Source: the human T2T-CHM13v2.0 reference genome, Homo sapiens
Assembly (NCBI RefSeq): GCF_009914755.1
Contig: NC_060939.1
Direction: 5' to 3' (one strand)
Length of the DNA: 64,000 nt
Shown here: positions 46,446 through 58,600 of the stretch, piece by piece
How the letters are laid out: every line of letters starts with the position of its first letter
Position numbering within the stretch: position 1 is the stretch's first letter
Position numbers and translations under genes: made by a program
The notes under the pieces: generated by a model
Seen by the model: the letters and a program-made list of their open reading frames with translations, nothing else
Told to the model about the DNA's origin: nothing
Databases searched by the model: none

Positions 46446-49401
46446 AAAGGAGAATGTGTTGATTGTCTTCACCTCATGATTATAAGTATATAACTGGCTT
46501 TGTTCTTCTAATTATCACAGAACCATACTAAATATATGTATTTTTTCAAAAAGCATAAGCTGCACAATACCATGGATGAACACATAGATTAACTGTAGTA
46601 GTCAGTTTCAGAAAAGTGGACTAGAAATTGTCAGAACTTTTCTTTTTCCTCTTAACACTTTTGATCCTATAATGAGGGCAAACTACAGGATTAGTGAGTA
46701 ATATTGACAGGTCACCGTGCACAGGGCATTATATCTATTTTAGGCATTCTGAAATAAGTTATGGTGTTTGGATGCTGCCATCAAGATAAGTAGTAAGTCA
46801 TATTAAAAAGTTCATTAGACTTACTTTGTATTACCTAGCACATCTTAAATAATTCTAGGAACACAATGTGATACTCAGTATATATTCATACAAATACAGA
46901 TGCTTACACTTTAAGCTATCCTGAATATCTTCAGAGAGCAGAGTAAGAGACAGAAACAGATCTAAGATCTTGTCTTAGTCTTATTCCTCTCAATATGGCA
47001 ATGACAAAGGTTATCACTAGAAGGAGTGCGTTCCTCTTCTGTCTGAAAGTGTTTAAGCAGCTCCAAGATGACCTTTGGGAGGTTGTAGAGAAAAGGGCTG
47101 GACTACTTGGCTAAATCCCTTTTTGTGCAAAGGTTCTATGATACCAGTCTATGACATTTTGGAAGCCTCGTGTACTGTCTCCTTTGTATCACAGTGACTG
47201 GAGTCTTCTCTCAGGCAGCCTATAAGGATAGACATTCATAATATCACAAGTGTGTTTGAATCCTGACCCACTGTCCATGTTTTCCTAACAAGACTGTTTT
47301 AGAAGTTTGTTATGTCTGCATAAAATAATCCTGAAAACCACATCCTTAACTAAATTGCTCTCATGTATATATTGAAAATTATTCATGGCTCTATGCTTGG
47401 CCAAGTTTGTGTCAAATGTTGTTTTTTATTTTATTTCTTTGAAGCTAAAGATAACTTGTCATGGGCCATGTACTTGGAGAGGTACTTCGATTGCTTAAAA
47501 GGAGAAGAAAGAATGTTCAGGTCAGCTCAGAAAAACATAATTTGTTTGAAATCATACAAGTTACACTGTAACGTTAGATAACGCCTTGAACTATGGTGAA
47601 GTAGATATACCTGACCTCCAGGGATTCTGCAGCAGTTACTGGATCTGATTTTCTGTAGATAGTGAAGAGCCATGTGAGGAGTAGTCCTCAATCTTCTGTA
47701 AGAACCTTTCTCTTTCCTTGGCCACAGAAGCAATGAAGAGAATAAGCAGTAAATGGCATTTATGCCATTCCACATGCTTTATACATTACTTCACTTAATC
47801 CACAGAATAAGTTGAGTATTGTTAACCTTCCGTTTTATAATGATCCTTAGACAGTTATGTAATAAGCTCAAGGTCATAGAGCTTGAAGCAAAGGAGCTGG
47901 TATTCTGATTTAGGTCTGTTGGATTCCGAAGCCCCTACTGGGGCGATTTTACCACAATGTCTCCCACCGGCAATGAAGAATCCAAGTAACACAGACTTTG
48001 GCTTTATGATTTAGCCAAAGCTATTTATAGCCTGTTTTTACATCAATTCAAATGTTTTCATTAAGCCCTTGCTGTGTTTGAGGCACTGAGCTAATTGTTA
48101 CAGAAATTCAGAAATACGTCATCACCCTCAAGGACCCTCAAGGATCTTATAATCTAGTTAGGCATAAAAGACATGAAGATATGAAAAGATAACTGAAAAT
48201 GGAAGGCAGCCCGTGCCAACAGCTGACTAAGTGGAATATGTAAGTGCTACAGGGGCTTCAAGGCAGGCAAGTTACCACCAGCTGCAAGTAAAAGCAGAAG
48301 GAATGGAATTTGAGTCTGAATGCAGTATAAGATGATGTTACAGCCCATCAGTCAGATGAGGATTGCAGTCTGTACATCACAGTTTATCTACAGACCTGTT
48401 TTGTTAGCTTGCATAGGTTTTTTTTAATCCTAAAAAATTTACATATAAATATGGTTCTGTTTTGTATCAAATTTTTCAGGATACTTGGACCATGCATGTT
48501 CATGTGACAAAAGACAGGGCCCATGTTTTCCAGTTAGCTGTGGCCTCTGCTGTCCCGGAAGCTACAGTTTCTCGGCTTCCTTCATCTACATTTCTCATGT
48601 GGCCTTGTGGATATTTGGTCAAGATAAGGAAAGTGAAATCCAGAGAGTGAAGTAAAGTTTATTAAGATCCCAACTCATTACTTACAAGCTGGATTTGACC
48701 CAAAAATTTCAAACTATTAGTCCAGTTTTATTTTAATAGACCACACTATCATTCATGGGATTTGGTTCATACTTTTTGGTAGAAGATATATAATTTATTA
48801 TTCAACATCTATAGGGCCTGATGTGTTTGGAAAGGCAGTTTTTTTAACTTTATAAAGATAATACTATTCCTATATGAACTTTTATGAAAGAGTCTAGCAG
48901 AGTCTGGTGTAGCATCTGATAATTAATATTTTTAACGTGAAATGTATGAATGTTCACCCCAAGTGGCAGAAATATAGACTAGGCATAGCCACCAATTCAG
49001 ATCAGATTTTTATATCAAATTTCCTTTTTTTAAAAAAAATTTGTAAACTTGTAGGATTTCAGAATTGCAGATAAATTGTGGATAGCTGTAAATATCAATA
49101 TTCTTGTGTCTGTTGCTCAGGATTTTTATCTATAAATGCAGATAGCAGTTCCTACTTCATTAAATATTTAATACTATATGTAAAAAACAGTGCCTAGAGC
49201 ATAGTAAAATCTGTAGAAGTAATGGGTATTGTTACTATTTTCTATTATTGGTATTTTTGTGTAAAATATGCATTTCACAAATCAGATTATTGATATTTCT
49301 TCTGCAACCAACTCATAAATGTTAACTTTCAAGCATGCAGAGGTACCATACACAAAACAATGAGACTCCATATGATCAGTTCTGAATGGCTGACTCCAAT
49401 C

Positions 49402-49722
49402 CAGTGTAGGCAAACAATGGTCTATGGGGCACATGTGGCCTGCTACCTCTTTGTAGGAACAGCAAGATAAGAATGGTTCTTATATTTTGAAATGGTTGAA
49501 AAAAACAAAAAGAACACTATTTCATGACATATGAAAATTGCATACAATTTAAATATCAGTGTTCATACATAAAGCTTAATTGAAACAGTCATGCCCTTTT
49601 TCACGTTGTCTCTGGTTGCTGTAATGGCAGCGTTGAGTAGTTGCAACAGAGACTACATGTTCCTCAAAGCCTAAAGTATTTATAATCTTGTGCCTTTAAA
49701 GGAAAAGATTCCTGACCCCTGG
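49402..49722. mobile_element. MER58B-like hAT MITE
   Basis: ggcaaacaatggtc...gttgagtagttgcaacagagact...aaagcctaaagtattta...ctgacccctg. Confidence 0.8.
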
Positions 49723-50713
49723 ACTGACTTACTGCTGGTCACGACGTCTCTTGATATCTCTGGCTCCTCACTTGGTTGCCCTTCTGCTTCCTTGTCTGGC
49801 CTTCCCAAGCAAACTATTTCACTCTACTTGGTTTCCTAAGATGACCTTAGATTTGCTTCTACTGCCATCTGGGACATCCCTCCTTCTCTGTTGCAGAATT
49901 TGATCTTCTCCATTCTTTTATTACTTTTCCCATAGACTTTGTATCTCTTTGTTTTCCTAGTTCTGGGAGTGGAAAGCAGGACTCTGATCTATGGCTGACC
50001 TAGAATTAATGTGTGGAAGTACAGGGTAGTGAGCAGGGGTGCATTTCCTCTGGGATAATGCAGTTTGTAATTTCAGATGTTATTTCAAGCTTGTCTGAGA
50101 TGCCAAACGCCCAGCCTAAAATAAGCCTTCATTTAGAAAAATCTGTATTTTCACACCATGGGGATTTTGCTTCTTAGTGTATCTATAGATAAGATTGGTA
50201 ATAAACCCAAATCCAGGGCAACTGAATTTTCCATCAGAATGCCCAGCAAAAGGCCTGGTAGCTGAGGCTGTCCTTTGCACTCTTTTGCTTCTTCAATGGA
50301 GCCAATAGAGCATGAAGAGGGGAAAATTGCGCACATCACCCAAAGAGTTTGGAATACCCCATGTTACTATGATATGGGTCTTGACTTGCGTAGATAACAC
50401 ACGACCTTTTTATCCCCCGTTTCTTTCAAGCCACTACGTTTTCTTTTTTCATACTTTAATGATTTTAAAGGGAAGTTCAGTATAAGGTAGGCAGAGATAA
50501 GATGGGAAAGGAATTTGAATTATCTGGGAACTCTTAGGAGAATTTTGTCCTCATTTGTCTTATGTAATACACACTTTTGAGTCCTCATAATGATCTGAAT
50601 AAAAGAACATTTTACTACTTGTAGGTATAATTATATAACTGAGTAATGAATTTACTAACCAAACCTTGACGTTGCCAACAATTCAAACTGCCTTTGATCC
50701 ACAGCCTCTTTCT

Positions 50714-52760
50714 TCTTCTTCTTTTTTTTAAATTATAGTTTAAGTACTGAGGTACATATGCAGAACGTGTAGGTTTGTTACGTAGGTATACACGTGCCAT
50801 GGTGGTTTGCTGCACCCATTAACGCATCATCTACATTAGGTATGTCTCCTAATACTATCCCTCCCCTAGCCCTCCACCCCCCGACAGGCCCTGGTATGTG
50901 ATGTTCCCCTCCCTGTGTCCATGGGTTCTCATTGTTCAACTCCCACTTATAAGTGAGAACATGTGGTGTTTTGTTTTCTGTTCTTGTGTTAGTTTGCTGA
51001 GAATGGTGGTTTCCAGCTTCGTCCATGTCCCTGTAAAGGACATGAACCCATCCTTTTTTATGTCTGCATAGTATTCTGTGGTGTATATGTGCCACATTTT
51101 CTTTATCTAGTTTATCATTGATGGGCATTTGGGTTGGTTCCAAGTCTTTGGTATTGTGAACAGTGCTGCAATACATATACATGTGCATGTGTCTTTATAG
51201 TTGAATGATTTATAATCCTTTGGTTATATACCCAGTAATGGGATTGCTGGGTCCAATGGTATTTCTGGTTCTAGATCCTTGAGGAATCGCCACACTGTCT
51301 TCCACAATGGTTAAACTAATTTACACTCCCATCAACAGTGTAAAAGTGTTACCATTTCTCCACATCCTCTCCAGAATCTGTTGTTTCCTGACTTTTGAAT
51401 AATCGCCATTCTAACTGGCATGAGATAGCATCTCATTGTGGTTTTCATTTGTGTTGCTCTAATAACCAGTGATGATGAGCATTTTTTCATATGTTTATTG
51501 GCTGCATAAATGTCTTCTTTTGACAAGTATCTGTCCATATCCTTTGCCTACTTTTTGATGGGGTTGTTTTTTCCTTGTAAATTTGTTTAAGTTCTTTGTA
51601 GATTCTGGATATTAGCCCTTTGTCAGATGGATAGATTGCCAAAATTTTCTCCCATTCTGTAGGTTGCCTGTTAACTCTGATGATAGTTTCTTTTGCTGTG
51701 CAGAAGCTCTTTCGTTTAATTAGATTCCATTTGTCAATTTTAGCTTTTGTTGCCGTTGTTTTTGGTGTTTTAGTCATGAAGTCTTTGCCCATGCCTATGT
51801 CCAGAATGGTATTGCCTAGGTTTTCTTCTAGGATTTTTATGGCTTTAGTTGTTACATTTAAGTCTTCAATCCATCTTGAGTTAATTTTTGTATAAGGTGT
51901 AAGGAAGGAGTCCGGTTTCAGTTTTCTGCATATGGCTAGCCAGTTTTCCCAACACCATTTATTGAAAAGAGAATCCTTTCCCCATTGCTTGTTTTTGTCA
52001 GGTTTGCCAAAGATCCGATGGTTGTAGTTGTGTGGTATTATTTCTGAGGCCTCTGTTCTGTTCCATTGGTCTATATATCTGTTTTGGTACCACTACCATG
52101 CTGTTTTGGTTACTGTAGCCTTGTAGTATAGTTTGAAGTCAGGTAGCATGATGCCTCTAGCTTTGTCCTTTTTGTTTAGGATTTTCTTGGCTATGTGTGC
52201 TCTTTTTGGTTCCATATGAAATTTAAAGTAGTTTTTTCTAATTCTGTGAATAAAGTCAGTGGTAGCTTAATGGGGATAGCAGTGAGCCTACAGATTACTT
52301 TGGAAAGTATGGCCATTTTCACGATATTGATTCTTTGTATTCATTAGCATGAAATGTTTTTACATTTGTTTGTGTCCTCCTGTCTCATTTCATTGAGCAG
52401 TGGTTTGTAGTTCTCCTTGAAGAGGTCTTTCACATCCCTTGTAAGTTGTATTCCTAGGTATTTTATTCTCTTTGTAGCAATTATGAATGGGAGTCACTCA
52501 TGGTTTGGCTGTTTGTCTATTATTGGTGTACAGGAATGCTTGTGATTTTTGCACATTGATTTCATATTCCAAGACTTGGCTGAAGTTGCTTATGACCTTA
52601 TGGAGATTTGGGGGTGAGACAATGGGGTTTTCTATATATTCAATCATGTCATCTGCAAACAGAGACAATTTGACTTCCTCTCTTCCTATTTGAATACCCT
52701 TTATTTCTTTATCTTGCCTGATTGCCCTGGCCAGAACTTCCAATACTATGTGAATAGAAA
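50714..52760 (-). mobile_element. 5'-truncated L1PA (L1PA7-like), ~2 kb
   Basis: Reverse L1 3' UTR and ORF2 pieces ([26 protein letters not shown]); perfect 18-bp TSD GATCCACAGCCTCTTTCT at 50696-50713 and 52761-52778. Confidence 0.95.
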
Positions 52761-53040
52761 GATCCACAGCCTCTTTCTATTCTCAGTTCTTCAAGAATTG
52801 GTTACCTTAAAGCACTTTCTTAACTGGTGATGTAGGTTTTTAGTATCATCAATATCGTGTAGTTGGAGTCAGTCAGACCTGTGCTCCAACATTTACTATG
52901 GCCTGAGCTGCAATTTCTATATCTGTAAAATATCTTCTATCACTCAAAGAATAATAACACAGTCAAAGGAAAGGGTGTATGTCAATGATTCAGTTGGTGC
53001 CAATGTAATTGCAGTTTTTACTATCAAAAGTCACGTCCAA

Positions 53041-53412
53041 GGCCGGGCGCGGTGGCTCATGCCTGTAATCCCAGCACTTTGAGAGGCCGAGGCGGGCGGA
53101 TCACGAGGTCAGGAGATGGAGACCACCCTGGCTAACACGGCGAAACACCGTCTCTACTAAAAATACAAAAAATTAGCCAGGCCTGGCAGCAGGTGCCTGT
53201 AGTTCCAGCCACTCGGGAGGCTGAGTCAGGAGAATGGCGTGAACCTGAAGGCGGAGCTTGCAGTGAGCCGGAGCTTGCAGTGAGCCCCGGAGCTTGCAGT
53301 GAGCCGGAGCTTGCAGTGAGCCGAAGCTTGCAGTGAGCCAAGATGGCGCCACTGCACTCCAGCCCGGGCGACAGAGCGAGACTCTGTCTCAAAAAAAAAA
53401 AAAAAAAAAAAA
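53041..53412 (+). mobile_element. AluY with expanded right arm
   Basis: ggccgggcgcggtggctca start, AluY diagnostics, long pure A tail, GTCCAA on both sides. Confidence 0.96.
53253..53339 (+). repeat. 17-bp tandem repeat x5 (GGAGCTTGCAGTGAGCC) inside AluY
   Basis: Copies at 53253, 53270, 53289 (after a CC insertion), 53306 and 53323 (one G>A). Confidence 0.97.
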
Positions 53413-53902
53413 GGAGTGTCCAAAACTGCAATTGCTTTTGCAGCAACTGAATACTTTGTCCAGTATGTCAGACTTCTTGAGCTTTCCATAAGTGATGGTT
53501 GTTAATACTATTAGAAGTATTGAGCAGTGATTGTGGAATCTCAGTGTGGCCAACTGCATTGCAACTTATTGAAAATAACTCATGCATAATTTGTATATGT
53601 ATTGCATTTATGAATATGTGTGTGCTCATATTTAGAAAACATTCCCTGTTTAACTATCATCTTCAGATATAATAATGCCAGAGAATAATTTTAAATATTA
53701 AATGAACATGCAAATCAAAATAGTTTTAAATCTGCAAGCTCAACAGGACTTTAGAGATTATCTAGATAATTGCCTTCATTTTACAGATGAGGTTACTTAG
53801 TAATTTGTTCAAAGTCACACAGCTAGTTGATTGCAGTGCACTTCAGAATAGGGTCTTCTAGAGTTCTAGGTCGCCTCTTTCTGCTCCTTCACTTAGATTC
53901 TT

Positions 53903-54311
53903 TTTTTTTTTTTTTTCACTTTGTCTCCCAGTATTCATATATATATATTTTTTTTATTATTATACTTTAAGTTTTAGGGTACATGTGCACATTGTGCAGG
54001 TTAGTTACATATGTATACATGTGCCATGCTGGTGCGCTGCACCCACTAACTCGTCATCTAGCATTAGGTATATCGCCCAATGCTATCCCTCCCCCCTCCC
54101 CCCACCCCACCACAGTCCCCAGAGTGTGATATTCCCCTTCCTGTGTCCATGTGATCTCATTGTTCATTTCCCACCTATGAGTGAGAATATGCGGTGTTTG
54201 GTTTTTTGTTCTTGCGATAGTTTACTGAGAATGATGGTTTCCAGTTTCATCCATGTCCCTACAAAGGACATGAACTCATCATTTTTTATGGCTGCATAGT
54301 ATTCCATGGTG
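53903..54311 (-). mobile_element. Young 5'-truncated L1 (L1PA2/L1HS-like) with ~31-bp 3' transduction
   Basis: L1 3' end 53948-54311; non-L1 spacer 53917-53947; pure T16 at 53901-53916; TSD TAGATTCTT at 53894-53902 and 54312-54320. Confidence 0.92.
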
Positions 54312-55094
54312 TAGATTCTTATACTGAATTTAATTTCCATTTAAATGCTCTCCACCATTTATAAATGTGGGAAACATTCAGGTTAATTATTTTTTAAAGT
54401 GTTTACAGTTCCCTGGAAAACACCACATTTATTGGGTAGTGGAAATAGAATAGGAGGTTGCTGGCAGAGGAGTGATAGTTAGTCTCTATTACCACTTGAT
54501 AACGAGTTGGTTTCTGCATAAGAAAACTAGAAATTGGAATTGTCATTACCCACCACCCAACACACAAATACACACCTTTACCTTCATTTCCATGTTCGGT
54601 TTTAGGTCAGATCCCTGTGGGAGTATTCTTTGCTGTTAAGTAGGAATAAAGGGGGAAAAATGGACATAGCTGAACAAATATTTCTATTTGCTTTCTTTCC
54701 ACCAGAGTTGAACTTAACATTATCAGATTGATTTAGAGAAATTATTATAAAAATCCTCTTTGTAATAGTGGTCTTTATGAATTGTTATATTTTTCTAATC
54801 TGTGGAATGGTATTTTATCCACATATTTATGTATAAGAAAATGGTATCTGAGAGATGAGTAGCTTATCAAGGTCACATGGTTAATTATTGGTTAAACTGA
54901 GTCTTGGGTTTTGGTCTTTAGGCAACAAGTCCAGGGACCTGTTATAGTGAAGACTATGAGTCTCTTTCTTCCCTGTATTTATGGGTCTCAAAAAACCTTG
55001 GAAGCAAAGGGAATGAGAAAAGGGAATAGGCCATTTCTTACTGAATATCTTGCTTGGAAAACTCTAAAAATGCATTCTTAATACAGATTATTAA

Positions 55095-55509
<415 letters not shown>

Positions 55510-55664
55510 AACTACTTCTCAAATTGGCACAAATAGATGCTGTTTTATTAGTCCCATAACATCTAATTAAATTTAATAGCAATAATACAAACCAGTTTGC
55601 TAAATTAGAAATTGCCAACTAAAAAAATAAGCCTGTGTAATTTTCTTTTCCTGTCACCTTTAAA

Positions 55665-58600
55665 AAAATTTTATTACAGATTTAGGGGGTACTTGTGCAG
55701 ATTTGTTACGTGAGTATATTGCAAAATGCTGGGGTTTGGGCTTCTAGTGAACCCATTACCCAAATAGTAAACGTAGTACCTAATACGTAGTTTTTCAATC
55801 TCTTCTTCCCTCCCAGCCTCCCCTACATTGGAGTCCCCAGTGTCTATTATTTCCATGTTTATGTCCATGTGTACTCATTGTTTAGCTCCCACTTATTAGT
55901 GAGCACGTGGTATTTTTTGTTTCAGAATTATTTCACTTGATATAATAGCCTCCAGCTCCATCCATGTTGCTGTAAAATACATGATGAATGAAGCTGGAGG
56001 CTATACATGTGGTTTTATAGCTGTGTGGCATTCTATAGTGTGTATACATATCATATTTTCTTATCCATTCATCCATTGATGGACACGTAGGTTGATTCCA
56101 TAACTTTGCTACTGTGAGTAGTGCTGCAATAACCATAAGAGTCCGGCTATATTTTTTTATAGAATGATTTATTTTCCTTTAGGTAGATACCTAGCATTAG
56201 GATTGTTTAATCGAATTTTAGTTCCACTTTTAGTTATTTGAGAAATCTCTATACTCTTGTTCATAGAAGATGAGCTAATTTACGTTTCTGCCAATAGTGT
56301 ATAAATGTTCCCTTTCTCTGCCTCTTTGCCAACAATTTTTTTTTAAATAACAGCCATTATGACTGGTGTGAGATGGGTTTTCATTGTAGTTTTTATTTGC
56401 ATTTCTCTGATGATTAGTGATGTCGAGCATTTTCTCATATGTTTGTTGGCTGCTTGTATGGATTCTTTTGAGAATTGTCTGTTCATGTCCTTTGTCCACC
56501 TTTTAATGGAGTTGTTTTTTCTTGCTGATTTCCTTAAGTTTCTCATAAATTCTGGATGTTAGTCCTCTGTTGAGTGTGTAGTTTGCAAATACTTTCTCCT
56601 ATTCTGTAGGCTGCTTCCTCTGTTAATTGTTTCTTTTGCTGTGCAGGAGCTCTTTAAGTTCCATTTGTCTATTTTTGTTTCTGTTGCATTTACTTTTGAA
56701 GTCTTAATTATAAATTTTTTGCCTAGGCCAATATGCAGAAGAGTTTCTCCTAGATTTTATTCTAGAATTTTTATAGTTTCAGGTCTTACATTTAAGTCCT
56801 TCACCCATCTTGAGTTAATTTTTGTATATGGCGAGAGATGGGGATCTATTTTTATTCTTCTGCATGTGTCTAGCCAGTTTTCCCAGCACTATTTATTGAA
56901 TACGGTGTTCCTCTCTCTTTGTCTATTTTTGTTGACTTTGTAGAAGATCAGTTGGTTATAGGTGTGTGACTTTATTTCTGTGTTCTCTATTCTGTTCCAT
57001 TGATCTATGTGTGTATTTCTGTACTTGTACGATGTTCCTTTGGTTACCATAGCTTTGTAGTATAGTTTGAAGTCAGGTAAGGTCATACCTCTGGCTTTGT
57101 TCTTTTTTGCGTAGGATTACTTTGGCTATTCTGGCATATTTTAGTTCCATATTAATTTTAATCATTTTTTTCTAATCCTGTGAAAATTGATGTTGGTAAT
57201 TTCATAGGAATTTCACTGAATTTTTAGTTTTTTTTATGGACAGTATAGTCATTTTAATGATGTGAATTCTTCCTATTCATAAGCATGGGATGTTTTTGCA
57301 CTTGTTTGTATCACTTATGATTTCTTTCATCATTGTTTTATGGTTCTGGTAACGGTCTTTTACCTCTTGGTTAGATGTATTCCTGGGTATTTTATTTTTT
57401 TGTGTGTGGCTATTATAAATGGGATTGAGTTTTTCATTTGGTTCTCAGCTTGAGCACTATTGGTGTATGAAATGCAATTGATTTTTGTGCATTAATTTTG
57501 TATCCTGAAAACTGCTGAAGTCCTTTATCAGGTCTAGGAGTCTTTTAAAAGAATCATTAAGGCTTTCTAGTTATAGAATCATGTCATCAGTAAATAGAAA
57601 TAATTTGATTTCCTCTTTTCCTATTTAGATGCTTTTTCTTTCTTTCTCTTGCTTAATTATTCTGGCTAGGACTTCCGGTACTATGCTGAATAGAAATGGT
57701 TAGAGTAGACATCCTTGTCTCGTTCCAGGTTTTAGGAGGAAGTCTTTCAACTTTTCCCCATTCAGTATAATGTTAGGTGTGGGCTTGTCATATATGGCTT
57801 TGATTATTTTGAGGTACTTCCTTCAAGGCCTGGTTTGTCGAGCTTTTTTTTTTTTTTTTTTTTTATCATAAAGTGATGTTGGATTTTATTGAATTCTGTT
57901 TTGGCATCGATTGAGAGGATCGTATAGTTTTTGTTCTTAGTTCTGTTTATGTAGTGAATTACACTTATTGATTTACATATGTTGAATCATCCTTGCATCC
58001 ATGGAATAAAATCCACTTGATTGTGATGAACTGACTTTTTGATAAGCTTCTTGATTTGATTTGCTAGTATTTTGTTGAAGATTTTGGGGTCTACGTTCAT
58101 CAAGGATACTGACCTATAGTTTTCTATTTTTGTTGTGTCATTGTCACATTTTGGTATCAGGATGATACTGGCTTCACAGAATGATTTAAGGAGGAATCTC
58201 TCTTTCTCAGTTTTTTGGAAACATTTCCGAAAGATTGGTATCAGCTCTTCTTTGTACATCTGGTAGAATGTGGCTATGAATCCATCTGATCTTGGGTTTT
58301 TTTTAGTTGGTAGATTTTTTATTACCGATTCATTTCTATAACTTGTTATTAGTCTGTTCAGGATTTCAATTTCTTACTGTTTTAATCTTGGGAAGTCATA
58401 TGTTTCCAGGAATTTATCCATTTCCTCTTGGTTTCTATTTTGTACACATAGAAATGTTCATAGTAGTCTTTATGGATCTTTTGTATTTTTGTGGTGTCGG
58501 GTGTGATGACACCTTTATCAATTCTGATTGTGCTTATTTGAATCTTCTCTCTTTTTCTTGGTTAATCTAGATATTGATATGTCAGTTTTGTTTATCCTTT

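Larger units (their letters stand above)
52989..53453. mobile_element. MADE1 split by an AluY (arms 52989-53040 and 53413-53453)
   Basis: ttcagttggtgccaatgtaattgcagtttt on the left and aaaactgcaattgcttttgcagcaactgaa on the right are inverted arms resembling the MADE1 TIR. Confidence 0.85.

Noticed and set aside
53253-53339. CRISPR-like repeat array
   Set aside because: Units are directly adjacent with no spacers and derive from Alu; context is primate genomic DNA.
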